Shown piece after piece: positions 27,215 through 36,286 of a DNA stretch of 64,000 bases. Within the stretch, counting starts at the first letter, position 1; the number at the start of each line of letters is the position of its first letter. This DNA is from Ruminococcus sp. (GTDB lineage: Bacteria; Bacillota; Clostridia; Oscillospirales; Acutalibacteraceae). The notes beneath the pieces are model-generated. The model saw only the letters and a program-made list of their open reading frames with translations, had not been told where the DNA came from and ran no database searches. A program made the position numbers and the translations under genes. The DNA lies in NCBI GenBank assembly GCA_017456845.1, contig JAFTIP010000032.1, positions 827 through 64,826 of the forward strand, given 5' to 3'.

Positions 27215-27511
27215 TTGTGGGGTGATATATTGGACAAAATGCAGGAAGATGCAATTCGGAGAGTCCGTGAGATGCAGTCGGGGAATATGAACCGATCCCC
27301 AAGGCAAAACCATCAGCCGTCCTCTGAAAACCCAAAAAGGGAAGAGGCGGGGCATAGAGAGATACCACAGAATCCTCCTGAGCCAAAAGACCCTTTAGCA
27401 GGACTTTTTAAGGATAAGGAAAAGCTCCTGATTCTGCTTTTAATAATGCTTTTATCAGAGGAAAGCACAAATGTAGAACTCACCCTTGCACTTCTTTACA
27501 TCATAATATAA
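27215..27511 (+). CDS. Small hypothetical protein with C-terminal hydrophobic segment (start uncertain: 27215, 27230 or 27239)
   Basis: It reads MQEDAIRRVREMQ..., followed by a P/E-rich linker and then KEKLLILLLIMLLSEESTNVELTLALLYIII. Confidence 0.5.
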   Translation: MWGDILDKMQEDAIRRVREMQSGNMNRSPRQNHQPSSENPKREEAGHREIPQNPPEPKDPLAGLFKDKEKLLILLLIMLLSEESTNVELTLALLYIII

Positions 27512-27513
27512 TG

Positions 27514-28758
27514 TCAGCGAACCTGACCGTTACCCTTAACAATAAACTTCATGCTTGTGAGCTCATTGATACCCATAGGGCCGCGGGCATGGAGTTTTTG
27601 TGTTGAAATGCCGATTTCAGCACCTAAGCCGAACTCACCGCCGTCGGTGAATCTTGTGGATGCATTTACGTAAACAGCGGCAGCGTCAACAGTATTTAAG
27701 AACTTCTCGGCGTTGGTGTAGTTTTCGGTAACAATGCATTCGCTATGGCCTGAAGAATACTTTGCAATGTGGCTTAAAGCACAGTTGATGCAACCCACAA
27801 CCTTAACTGCAAGGATGTAGTCGAGGTATTCGGTAGCGTAGTCTTCTTCTGTAGCAGGTTTAACAGAATCACCTAAAATCTCAATTGTCTTTTCGCAGCC
27901 TCTCAGCTCAACGTTCTTTTCGTCAAGCTTTGCTTTGATAATGGGCAGAGCCTTGGCTGCAATGTTCTCGTGAACAAGGATTGTTTCAATAGCGTTGCAA
28001 ACAGAGGGACGGGAGGTTTTTGCGTTGTAGATAATCTCAGCAGCCATCTCAACGTCTGCATATTCGTCAACATAAACATGGCAGTTGCCAACGCCTGTTT
28101 CAATTACAGGCACCTTGGCGTTTTCAACAGTTGCCTTAATAAGACCTGCACCACCACGGGGAATAAGTACATCAAGGTAATCAGAAAGACCCATAAGCTC
28201 AATGGAGCTCTGACGGGTTGTGTCTTCAATAAGCTGAACAGAGTCTTTGGGCAATCCTGCAATTTCAATAGCCTTACGCATAACTGTAGCAACGGCTTTG
28301 TTGGAATTTATTGCTTCCTTGCCGCCTCTGAGGATTACAGCGTTGCCTGACTTAAGGCAAAGCACGGCGGAGTCAGCAGTAACATTGGGACGAGCCTCGT
28401 AAATAATACCGATAACGCCAAGAGGAACAGTAACCTTTGTAACCTCCAAACCATTCTTGAGCTTGCCGCCGGAAATTACACGTCCGCAGGGGTCAGCAAG
28501 TGCAGCAACCTGACGAGCTCCATCTGCCATACCCTTGATACGCTCAGGGGAAAGTGCGAGTCTGTCAAGAAGTGCGTTGGAAAGACCTGCTGCCTTGCCT
28601 GCCTCCAAGTCCTTTGCGTTTTCTTCCAAAATATAATCTGTATTTTCAATAAGTGCATCAGCAATGGAAACAAGTGCCTTGTCTTTCAAAGCACCTGCAG
28701 TAGCAAGTGTACGTGCTACTTCCTTTGCCTTTTTGCCCATCATTTCAATTGTTGTCAT
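27514..28758 (-). CDS. proA: Gamma-glutamyl phosphate reductase
   Basis: 414 aa. Aldehyde dehydrogenase-type motifs are present (VIETGVGNCHVYVD, NASTRFTDGGEFGLGAEIGIST). Confidence 0.93.
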   Translation of the reverse strand: MTTIEMMGKKAKEVARTLATAGALKDKALVSIADALIENTDYILEENAKDLEAGKAAGLSNALLDRLALSPERIKGMADGARQVAALADPCGRVISGGKLKNGLEVTKVTVPLGVIGIIYEARPNVTADSAVLCLKSGNAVILRGGKEAINSNKAVATVMRKAIEIAGLPKDSVQLIEDTTRQSSIELMGLSDYLDVLIPRGGAGLIKATVENAKVPVIETGVGNCHVYVDEYADVEMAAEIIYNAKTSRPSVCNAIETILVHENIAAKALPIIKAKLDEKNVELRGCEKTIEILGDSVKPATEEDYATEYLDYILAVKVVGCINCALSHIAKYSSGHSECIVTENYTNAEKFLNTVDAAAVYVNASTRFTDGGEFGLGAEIGISTQKLHARGPMGINELTSMKFIVKGNGQVR

Positions 28759-28770
28759 AATAAAACCTCC

Positions 28771-29553
28771 TCAGTTTGCTTTGAAAAGAGTACCCACGGA
28801 TTGACCTTCTAAAAGGTCGTAAATTCGCTGAGGGTTGTCGCCGCCTATAACAGAGCAGTTGATGCCTGCACTTGTTACGTATTTAGCCGCCTGAATCTTG
28901 GTGGCCATACCGCCTGTGCCTCTGTTAGAGCCTGAGCCGCCTGCGTGGGCTATAATCTCTTCAGTAATTTCTTCAACTACGTCTATCTTCTTTGCGTCTT
29001 CATATTTTCTGGGGTCTTTATCGTAAAGGCCGTCAATATCTGTAAGAATAACCAGTAAATCAGCACCCACCAGCTTTGCAACAATGGCAGAAAGCATATC
29101 GTTATCGCCGAAGTTGTTGCCCTGAAGCTCATCAATAGCCACGGTATCGTTTTCGTTAACGACGGGGATAATGTTCATCTGAAGAAGGGTGTTGAAGGTG
29201 TTGAGTACATTTTATTTTTTATGCTTGGAGTCTACAGCGTCTCTGGTTAAAAGTACCTGTGCAACCATATGGTTGTATTCACCGAAAAGCTTGTCATACA
29301 TATACATAAGCTCGCACTGACCCAAAGCAGCAAGAGCCTGCTTTTCACGGGTTGTGTCAGGGCGTGCAGGGAGCCCCAATTTGCCCATGCCGACGCCGAT
29401 AGCACCCGAGGAAACAAGGATAATATCTCTGCCCTGATTCTGCAAATCAGAGAGCACCTTGCACAGCGCTTCTATGCGGCGGTAGTTGATTTTACCGTTT
29501 TGGTATGTCAGGGTAGATGTACCTACCTTAATTACTATTCTGTTTGCTTTCAC
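28771..29553 (-). pseudogene. proB: Glutamate 5-kinase interrupted by one in-frame TAA (29212-29214); short form without a PUA domain
   Basis: The track ORFs 29212..29553 (IVIKVGTSTLT...LVSSGAIGVG) and 28771..29178 (IIPVVNENDTVAIDEL..FGDNDMLSA..LTDIDGLYDKDP) lie in the same reading frame. They are separated only by ...CAT AAA AAA TAA AAT GTA... Confidence 0.8.
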
Positions 29554-29642
29554 AAAATCACATCTTTTCCCATTTTACAATTAAACATAGTATAGCATAC
29601 ACAGTACCTTTATGGCAAGTTTTTTCTTATATATATATGAAA

Positions 29643-29679
29643 AGAGCCACAGGCTGCTTTCCTTCCTGTGGCTCTTTTT
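29643..29679. terminator. Hairpin terminator between the dockerin protein gene and proB
   Basis: AGAGCCACAGG-ctgctttcctt-CCTGTGGCTCT followed by TTTT. Confidence 0.65.
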
Positions 29680-29706
29680 GTATAAGTAACTCTTAAGAGG
29701 TTACTT

Positions 29707-31077
29707 TTATTCTGTTATTTTTGCAATTCTTTTCTGAATCGCTGTAGCGTCTTTAATATTCCGTACGCCGTCGCGGTTATAGTCGGAGATGTAAACCCTT
29801 TTCTCAGGTTTGTGGAAATACTTGGTAATCTCGTCATCCTCGCGGAAGTCACTAAGCTTTGCAAGGCATTTCTGCATTAATGTGGCGTCCTGAATTGTAA
29901 GGTTATAATCCTTGTTATTGTCGCCCATACGATAGCGATAATTTACGCTTTTGTAAATGTATGCCTTGCCCTCAAGGTCTAAGTCGGGAACCTCGGTAAG
30001 GTCATAAAATTCACCTGTTTCGAAGATGTAAATACCGTAGCCGTAAACAAAAGGCACACCGTTGTACCACTGTTCAAAGACCATATCGTTGATTATGTGG
30101 GCGGTTTGGTGAGAGCTGTCAGTACTTCTTGGAAATACATGAATAAGCACATATTCGGGAAGTTCATCATTGGTGGCGTAGCGGTTGCCGTAATAGGTGT
30201 AAATTTCACTATATGAGGGGTTGCTTTCCTTAAAATAGTCGTATTTCTCTTTTAATTCAGGGATAATTATTTCTTCAAATTCTAACTCACCGTATTTGTC
30301 AAGCTCGGTGGAATATATGCCGCCTGCACCCTCTGCAATCTGTTTGTCGGTCAGAATGCCTTTGTCATAAAGCTCACGTGCCGGACAAACTGTGCCGTCT
30401 TCATACATAGCGTAAAGTCCTATGGGGTTATCTTTTGGACCATAGGGCCTTCCTGCTCTGTAGATGTAGTCACCAATCATATCCTCTACAACAATGGTGG
30501 GGTACATTTCTCCGTTTCTGGTGATATCTGCAGTAAAAAATCTGTATCCCTCAACTTTACCTCTGGGGTTGCACTCAATCCAAACCTCGTCAGAGGTGGA
30601 TTCATTTTTGTATTTTAAGAAAGCTTCACTGCATTTTTTAATCAAATCTTGATGAACGCATTTAATGCCATCAAAATCGTCCAAAAAATCAAGGTTGGAA
30701 AGAAGCTCTGCTTCTATTGCTTCTTCGAGAGTAAAGATTTCTTCACCACTATATACATAAACGCCAAAATCGTAAGGAAAGTGGTGATGATTGGCGGTAA
30801 TTTCCCATCCTAAAAGGTTTTTATCAACCCTGCCGTGGTCTTTCCATTTCCAAGAGTCTGCAGAAAATACCACAACGTTATCAATAGTATAGGTGTCGTT
30901 AATTGTAACCTCTTTTACGTCCTCAATATGCATAGGCACTTTGCCGGTGCAGTAGCGCATAAAAGCGTTTTCCAGATTATCATATGGGTTTATTTCTTCT
31001 GCAAAGCATGGCAGGGTTAAGCTAAGAATAAGCATAACCGAGAGTAAAGCACAAATAATTTTTTTAAAATCTTTCAT
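29707..31077 (-). CDS. Secreted protein of unknown function with C-terminal dockerin
   Basis: 456 aa with a signal peptide. Three internally similar modules are present (FGVYVYSGEEIFTLEE, IGLYAMYEDGTVCPAREL, YGIYIFETGEFYDLTE). The dockerin halves are GDNNKDYNLTIQDATLMQKCLAKL and DYNRDGVRNIKDATAIQKRIAKI. Confidence 0.75.
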   Translation of the reverse strand: MKDFKKIICALLSVMLILSLTLPCFAEEINPYDNLENAFMRYCTGKVPMHIEDVKEVTINDTYTIDNVVVFSADSWKWKDHGRVDKNLLGWEITANHHHFPYDFGVYVYSGEEIFTLEEAIEAELLSNLDFLDDFDGIKCVHQDLIKKCSEAFLKYKNESTSDEVWIECNPRGKVEGYRFFTADITRNGEMYPTIVVEDMIGDYIYRAGRPYGPKDNPIGLYAMYEDGTVCPARELYDKGILTDKQIAEGAGGIYSTELDKYGELEFEEIIIPELKEKYDYFKESNPSYSEIYTYYGNRYATNDELPEYVLIHVFPRSTDSSHQTAHIINDMVFEQWYNGVPFVYGYGIYIFETGEFYDLTEVPDLDLEGKAYIYKSVNYRYRMGDNNKDYNLTIQDATLMQKCLAKLSDFREDDEITKYFHKPEKRVYISDYNRDGVRNIKDATAIQKRIAKITE

Positions 31078-31349
31078 ATTAATACCTCCTTTAATTGCTT
31101 TTGTGTTGTCACTTATTAGACGTGATTTTTATAAAAAACTCACACCTAAATTTTAAATTTTTTATAAGAAAATTACTATTCTAAAAATCTTATAAAAACT
31201 GACGCTGTTGTTTGGACATGTTTACTAAAGAAATTTTGAGTTGCCGTATTAAAAATAATAGCATAAAGCTGTATTTTACTTTAGAATATTTACAAAGAAA
31301 TGTATTTAAGATATAATTAATTATATATTGTTATTTTTCGGAGGATTAT

Positions 31350-32603
31350 ATGGAGCTTATAAGCACCGAGGAAAAAATCACAAGAGCACTTCTGGTAAGT
31401 GTGGATACAGGCGATTATGATGCCGAGAGCTCACTTGCGGAGCTTTTTGAGCTTGCCGAAAGTTCAGGGGCCGAGGCAGTTGCAAGCATTACTCAAAAGC
31501 TTCAAAAGCCCGACACAGCAACCTGTGTAGGTAGCGGTAAGCTTGAAGAAATCAAAGAATACTGCGAAAGCAACGACATTGACCTGATTATCTTTGATAT
31601 GGAGCTTTCTCCCACTCAGATAAGGAATATCGAAAGTGAGACCGACGTAAGAGTTATTGACCGCACAATGCTGATCTTAGATATTTTTGCAATCCGTGCC
31701 AGAAGCCGAGAGGGTAAGCTTCAGGTTGAGCTTGCTCAGCTTAAGTATATGCTTCCGCGTCTTACAGGTAAAGGCATTGAGCTTTCACGTTTAGGCGGTG
31801 GTATCGGCACACGAGGTCCCGGTGAAACAAAGCTTGAAACCGACCGCCGTCACATAAGGCGAAAAATGGAAACCTTAAAGGAACAGCTTAAGGATGTTGA
31901 GCATCATAGAGAGCAGCTGAGAAAACGCAGAGATAAAGACGGCGTTATTACCGTTGCAATTGTTGGCTACACCAACGCAGGCAAATCCACATTAATGAAC
32001 TACTTAACCGAGGCTGGCGTACTTGCTGAGGATAAGCTTTTTGCAACTCTTGACCCCACCTCCCGTGCCTTAAAGCTTCCCAATGGTGTTTCTGTTATGC
32101 TTATTGACACCGTAGGTTTTGTTCGGCGTCTTCCGCATCATCTTGTGGAAGCGTTCAAATCTACTCTGGAAGAAGCCGCTCAGGCTGATATCATCCTCAA
32201 CGTTTGTGATGCAAGCTCAGAGGAAGCAAGGCTTCACCTTGAGGTTACCAAGGATTTGCTCACAGAGCTTGGCTGTAAGGATACGCCCATTATTTCAGTT
32301 CTTAATAAATGCGATATCGACGATACTATAGGTCTTTTCGGCGAAAGCAAAGACTATGTACGCATAAGCGCCAAAACCGGCGAGGGTATGCCAAAGCTTC
32401 TTGCCGCTATTGAGGATAACCTTCCTGTAAGAGTTAAAAAGGTAAAGCTTCTTCTGCCTTTTGACAAGGGCGGTTTAGCCGCAGATATCCGCAGAAGTTG
32501 CACCCTTATTTCAGAGGAATACACAGCCGAAGGCATAGAGGTTGTGGCAATTGTTGACGAGCAGTATTGGCATAAGGTAAGAGATTATGCTCAGGAGGAT
32601 TAA
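31350..32603 (+). CDS. hflX: GTPase HflX
   Basis: 417 aa with the HflX N-domain and G motifs GYTNAGKST, DTVGF and NKCD. Confidence 0.93.
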   Translation: MELISTEEKITRALLVSVDTGDYDAESSLAELFELAESSGAEAVASITQKLQKPDTATCVGSGKLEEIKEYCESNDIDLIIFDMELSPTQIRNIESETDVRVIDRTMLILDIFAIRARSREGKLQVELAQLKYMLPRLTGKGIELSRLGGGIGTRGPGETKLETDRRHIRRKMETLKEQLKDVEHHREQLRKRRDKDGVITVAIVGYTNAGKSTLMNYLTEAGVLAEDKLFATLDPTSRALKLPNGVSVMLIDTVGFVRRLPHHLVEAFKSTLEEAAQADIILNVCDASSEEARLHLEVTKDLLTELGCKDTPIISVLNKCDIDDTIGLFGESKDYVRISAKTGEGMPKLLAAIEDNLPVRVKKVKLLLPFDKGGLAADIRRSCTLISEEYTAEGIEVVAIVDEQYWHKVRDYAQED

Positions 32604-32605
32604 CG

Positions 32606-32785
32606 GTGGATATTAAAGTAGGCGATGTGCTCCAGATGAAAAAGCCTCATCCTTGTGGCAGTAATCTTTTTGAGGTAACCCGAATCGGTGCGGATTTTAA
32701 AATAGTCTGCAAAGGGTGCAACCACGAGGTTTACCTGCCAAGAGCCAAGGTTGAGAAGAATATTAAAAAGATAGTTGTTGAGTAA
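32606..32785 (+). CDS. DUF951-family small protein (59 aa; below the ORF-track cutoff)
   Basis: A GTG start lies 2 nt after the hflX stop. The translation is VDIKVGDVLQMKKPHPCGSNLFEVTRIGADFKIVCKGCNHEVYLPRAKVEKNIKKIVVE, and KKPHPCGS...C.GC is the family signature. Confidence 0.8.
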   Translation: MDIKVGDVLQMKKPHPCGSNLFEVTRIGADFKIVCKGCNHEVYLPRAKVEKNIKKIVVE

Positions 32786-32803
32786 TTATAATCTTGTTTA
32801 TGG

Positions 32804-32903
32804 CCCGCCGTTGATGAAAGATTTTGTTTTATGCAAATCTTTCCGTAGGCGGATTTGCCCTGCAGGTGGCTAACCTGCGGAAATGTCCTTGGGTGGCTAA
32901 CCC
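32804..32903 (+). repeat. Structured intergenic repeat, long form (copy B) with duplicated 3' GTGGCTAAC module
   Basis: GCCGTTGATGAAAGATTTTG-ttttatg-CAAATCTTTCCGTAGGCggatttGCCCTGCAGGTGGCTAACCTGCGG...GGGTGGCTAACCC. Confidence 0.85.
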
Positions 32904-32919
32904 GAAAGTTGGTGTTAAC

Positions 32920-33990
32920 TTGTTTGATAAAATAAGCGTTTTTGAAAAAAGGTTTGAGGAGCTCAATTCTGAGCTTTGCAGACCTGAGGTTGCCGCTGAC
33001 GGCGACAAACTTAAAAAAATAATGATAGAGCTAAAGTCTATCGAGCCTATTGTAGAAGCCTACAAAAGTTTAAAGGATGCAAGAAAAAGAGAGGAAGAAG
33101 CCTTGGAGCTTCTGGCTGCTCCTAATCTTGATGCTGAGCTTAAAAGTCTTGCTCAAATGGAGCTTGACGAAGCCAAGGCTGACGCCGAAAACTTAGAGGC
33201 AGAGCTTAAAATCCTGCTTCTTCCCAAAGACCCTAACGACGACAAAAATGTTATTATGGAAATCCGAGCAGGTGCAGGTGGCGAAGAGGCGGCACTGTTT
33301 GCAGGCGTGCTTTACAGAATGTACTCAATGTACGGCGAAAGTATGGGCTACACCCATAGCATTATTTATGAGAATGCCACCGAGCTTGGCGGATACAAGG
33401 AGATTTCCTTTATGATTGAGGGTCTGGGTGCTTTCTCACGCCTTAAATACGAGCGTGGAGTTCATAGAGTTCAGCGTGTGCCCGAAACCGAGTCAGGCGG
33501 AAGAATTCATACCTCTACAGTTACCGTGGCGGTGCTTCCCGAGGCAGAAGATGTTGAACTTGAGATTAACCCCAACGACCTTAAAATTGATACCTTCCGT
33601 TCCTCAGGCGCAGGCGGTCAGCATATCAATAAAACTTCCAGTGCAATTCGTATTACCCATATTCCCACAGGTACTGTGGTAGAATGTCAGGACGAGCGAA
33701 GCCAGTATAAAAATAAGGATAAAGCCCTCAAGGTGCTCAAAAGCCGACTCCTGCAGGAGAAGCAGGACGAGCAGGCAGGCTCCATTGCGGCTGAAAGGAA
33801 AAGTCAGGTAGGTACAGGCGACAGAAGCGAGCGAATCCGCACCTATAACTACCATGAAAACAGAGTGACTGACCACAGAATCGGTCTTACAATTTATAAA
33901 CTTAGCGAAATTTTAGGCGGAAATATCGACCAACTTATAGACCCTATGGTAGCCGCCGACAGAGCAGAAAAATTAAAGGATAACACATAA
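32920..33990 (+). CDS. prfA: Peptide chain release factor 1
   Basis: A TTG start gives LFDKISVFEKRFEELNSEL, the canonical RF1 N-terminus. The PxT-region and GGQ motif (SGAGGQHINKT) are present. The listed start at 32824 would translate through the repeat element and is rejected. Confidence 0.92.
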   Translation: MFDKISVFEKRFEELNSELCRPEVAADGDKLKKIMIELKSIEPIVEAYKSLKDARKREEEALELLAAPNLDAELKSLAQMELDEAKADAENLEAELKILLLPKDPNDDKNVIMEIRAGAGGEEAALFAGVLYRMYSMYGESMGYTHSIIYENATELGGYKEISFMIEGLGAFSRLKYERGVHRVQRVPETESGGRIHTSTVTVAVLPEAEDVELEINPNDLKIDTFRSSGAGGQHINKTSSAIRITHIPTGTVVECQDERSQYKNKDKALKVLKSRLLQEKQDEQAGSIAAERKSQVGTGDRSERIRTYNYHENRVTDHRIGLTIYKLSEILGGNIDQLIDPMVAADRAEKLKDNT

Positions 33991-33991
33991 A

Positions 33992-35023
33992 ATGAAAACA
34001 CTTTTACTTACTACAAGTGAAGAGGATATAAACCTTGCCGCTTCTTTTGTTAAAGAGGGCGGTGTGGTTGGTATGCCCACGGAAACGGTTTACGGTCTGG
34101 CGGCAAATGCCCTTGATACCGAAGCTGTAAAGAAGATTTTTGAGGCAAAGGGCAGACCCTCCGACAATCCTCTTATTGTACATATAGCAGATTTTGAAGA
34201 TATCAAAAAATTTGGACTGGTTAAAGAAGTGCCAAAAGTGGCAAAGCTTCTTGCCGAAAAATTCTGGCCCGGCCCTCTTACAATTATTATGCCTAAAAGT
34301 GATAACGTCCCTGAGATTACCACAGGCGGACTTGATACAGTTGCCGTAAGACTTCCTCAGGATGTAAACGCAAGAAGGCTTATTAAAGCCTCAGGTTGTC
34401 CGTTAGCGGCTCCTTCGGCAAATATTTCAGGAAGCCCAAGCCCAACAACTGCTAACCATGTTTATTTTGATATGCAGGGCAAAATCCCCGCTATTATTGA
34501 TGGTGGTGAGTGCGAGGTAGGTTTAGAGAGCACCGTTGTAAGTGTTAAAGATGACATTATAACCGTTCTCAGGCCTGGCGGAGTTACCGTTGAGGATTTG
34601 CTTTCGGTTTATGATAAGGTTGAGGTTTGCGATGCAGTTTTAAATAAACTCAAAGAAGGCGAAACCGCCTTAAGCCCAGGAATGAAATATAAGCATTATT
34701 CTCCCAAGGCAAGGGTTGTTCTTGTTAAAAGCAGTGACAAGGGTTTCTATGATTTTATTAATCAGCAGAACAGTGCAGACACCATTGCTCTTTGCTACAA
34801 AGAGGATGAGGAGTTTGTCAGAATTCCTTCTATTCTTATGGGTAGTAAAGCAGACTTAGAGGCTCAGGCACATAACCTTTTTGCAGATTTAAGGCTTATT
34901 GATGCCTGCGATAATGTTAAAACTGCTTATGTCCGTTGCCCAGATTCAAAGGGTATCGGTATGGCTGTGTTAAACCGACTTATCCGTGCCGCAGGTTTTG
35001 AGGTGATTAACCTTGATGAGTAA
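33992..35023 (+). CDS. tsaC: L-threonylcarbamoyladenylate synthase (Sua5/YwlC type, with C-terminal Sua5 domain)
   Basis: 343 aa. Motifs are GGVVGMPTETVYGLAANA, KGRPSDNPLIVH and SANISGSPSPT. Confidence 0.9.
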   Translation: MKTLLLTTSEEDINLAASFVKEGGVVGMPTETVYGLAANALDTEAVKKIFEAKGRPSDNPLIVHIADFEDIKKFGLVKEVPKVAKLLAEKFWPGPLTIIMPKSDNVPEITTGGLDTVAVRLPQDVNARRLIKASGCPLAAPSANISGSPSPTTANHVYFDMQGKIPAIIDGGECEVGLESTVVSVKDDIITVLRPGGVTVEDLLSVYDKVEVCDAVLNKLKEGETALSPGMKYKHYSPKARVVLVKSSDKGFYDFINQQNSADTIALCYKEDEEFVRIPSILMGSKADLEAQAHNLFADLRLIDACDNVKTAYVRCPDSKGIGMAVLNRLIRAAGFEVINLDE

Positions 35024-35633
35024 AAACGAGTTTATGATAATTGGTCTTACAGGCCAGTCGGGTGCAGGCAAAAGCACGGTTACAAAGGTTTTTGAAGACT
35101 ACGGAGTTAAGGCGGTGGATGCCGATGCTTTGGCTCACATTGCCCTTAAGACCGAAAAGTGCAAGGAAAACCTGAGAGTTGCTTTTGGTGATAGCATTTT
35201 TGATGAAAATGGCGAGGTTATAAGAAAATCCTTGGCAAAGGCAGCTTTTGCAACTAAAGAAAGCACAGAGCTTTTAAATAAATGTACCCATCCTGTGATT
35301 ATTGAGCTTTCAGAAGAAGCCTTCGAAAAGGCAGAAGAAGAGGGCTTTAATGCAGTTGTGTTTGATGCACCTACTCTTTTTGAAAGCGGACTTCATGGTA
35401 TGTGTTCTTTTGTGATATCTGTAATCGCAGATAAAGAGGTGAGAGCTCAGCGGATTATGCAGAGGGACAATCTTAGCTTTGAGGACGCTATGCTTCGCCT
35501 TAACGCTCAGTATCCCGACAGCTTCTACACCGAAAAATCAAGATATTTAATTGAGAATAACGGCACTGTTGAGGAGCTTGAGGAAAAGGCTGAAAACCTA
35601 TGCAAGGAGCTTTTTAATGAGTATAAAACGTAA
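35016..35633 (+). CDS. coaE: Dephospho-CoA kinase
   Basis: It has IGLTGQSGAGKST (P-loop) and VVFDAPTLFESG. The ATG at 35016 sits behind a GAGGTGA RBS. Confidence 0.9.
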   Translation: MSKNEFMIIGLTGQSGAGKSTVTKVFEDYGVKAVDADALAHIALKTEKCKENLRVAFGDSIFDENGEVIRKSLAKAAFATKESTELLNKCTHPVIIELSEEAFEKAEEEGFNAVVFDAPTLFESGLHGMCSFVISVIADKEVRAQRIMQRDNLSFEDAMLRLNAQYPDSFYTEKSRYLIENNGTVEELEEKAENLCKELFNEYKT

Positions 35634-36225
35634 AAAGAAAAAGTCGGGCTGTGTAGGCTTTGCAGTGGTTGTCCTTATTGTTGTGCTGTGTGTGGCGGTG
35701 TTTATCTATAGCGATATGTTCTCAAAAATCCGCATAGGTATTGAGCATCAGCTTTATCCCTTGAAGTACGAGCAGGAAATTATTAAAGCAGGTGAGGAGT
35801 ACGGTCTGGAGCCAGAGCTTATTGCGGCGGTAATTTATGCCGAAAGCAGATTTCAGGAGGACGCAACCTCAAGTGTTGGTGCCAGAGGCCTTATGCAGCT
35901 TATGCCCGAAACCTTTCAGTGGCTTTGCGATAAGCGCGGCGAAGAGCATTCAAGCGACGAGCTTTACGACCCTTATATAAATATTGATTACGGAGCCTTT
36001 TGCTTAAGCTGGCTTTATGAGCATTTCGGCGATATTTACACAGCCTGTGCCGCCTATAACGCAGGCATAGGCACCGTTGAAGAGTGGCTTGAGGATGAAA
36101 CTTACACAAATGACGGAGTAACCCTTTCTTACATACCTTACGGCGAAACCTCAAACTATGTGGCAAAAATCCAGAATGCAGTTTCAAAGTATAATGAGCT
36201 TTATTTTGACAATAATCAATATTGA
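35617..36225 (+). CDS. Membrane-anchored lytic transglycosylase (SLT domain)
   Basis: The start is MSIKRKKKKSG at 35617 with an AAGGAG RBS. It has a TM helix and the catalytic region IYAESRFQEDATSSVGARGLMQLMPETF...AYNAG. Confidence 0.88.
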   Translation: MSIKRKKKKSGCVGFAVVVLIVVLCVAVFIYSDMFSKIRIGIEHQLYPLKYEQEIIKAGEEYGLEPELIAAVIYAESRFQEDATSSVGARGLMQLMPETFQWLCDKRGEEHSSDELYDPYINIDYGAFCLSWLYEHFGDIYTACAAYNAGIGTVEEWLEDETYTNDGVTLSYIPYGETSNYVAKIQNAVSKYNELYFDNNQY

Positions 36226-36286
36226 AAAAGCCGATTTGCTGTGATAATATATAATTGTAAAAATTTTATTTATGGAGGATTAAATT

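Noticed and set aside
29205-29222. Programmed frameshift or slippery site in proB at CATAAAAAATAAAATG
   Set aside because: Both halves of proB are in the same reading frame, so no frameshift is needed. A simple nonsense codon (or a base-call error) explains the split. Programmed read-through of TAA is not known for this gene family.
32824-32919. N-terminal extension of RF1 (listed start 32824)
   Set aside because: The extra 32 codons are a translation of repeat copy B. The canonical RF1 N-terminus (FDKISVFEKRFEEL) begins at the in-frame TTG at 32920.
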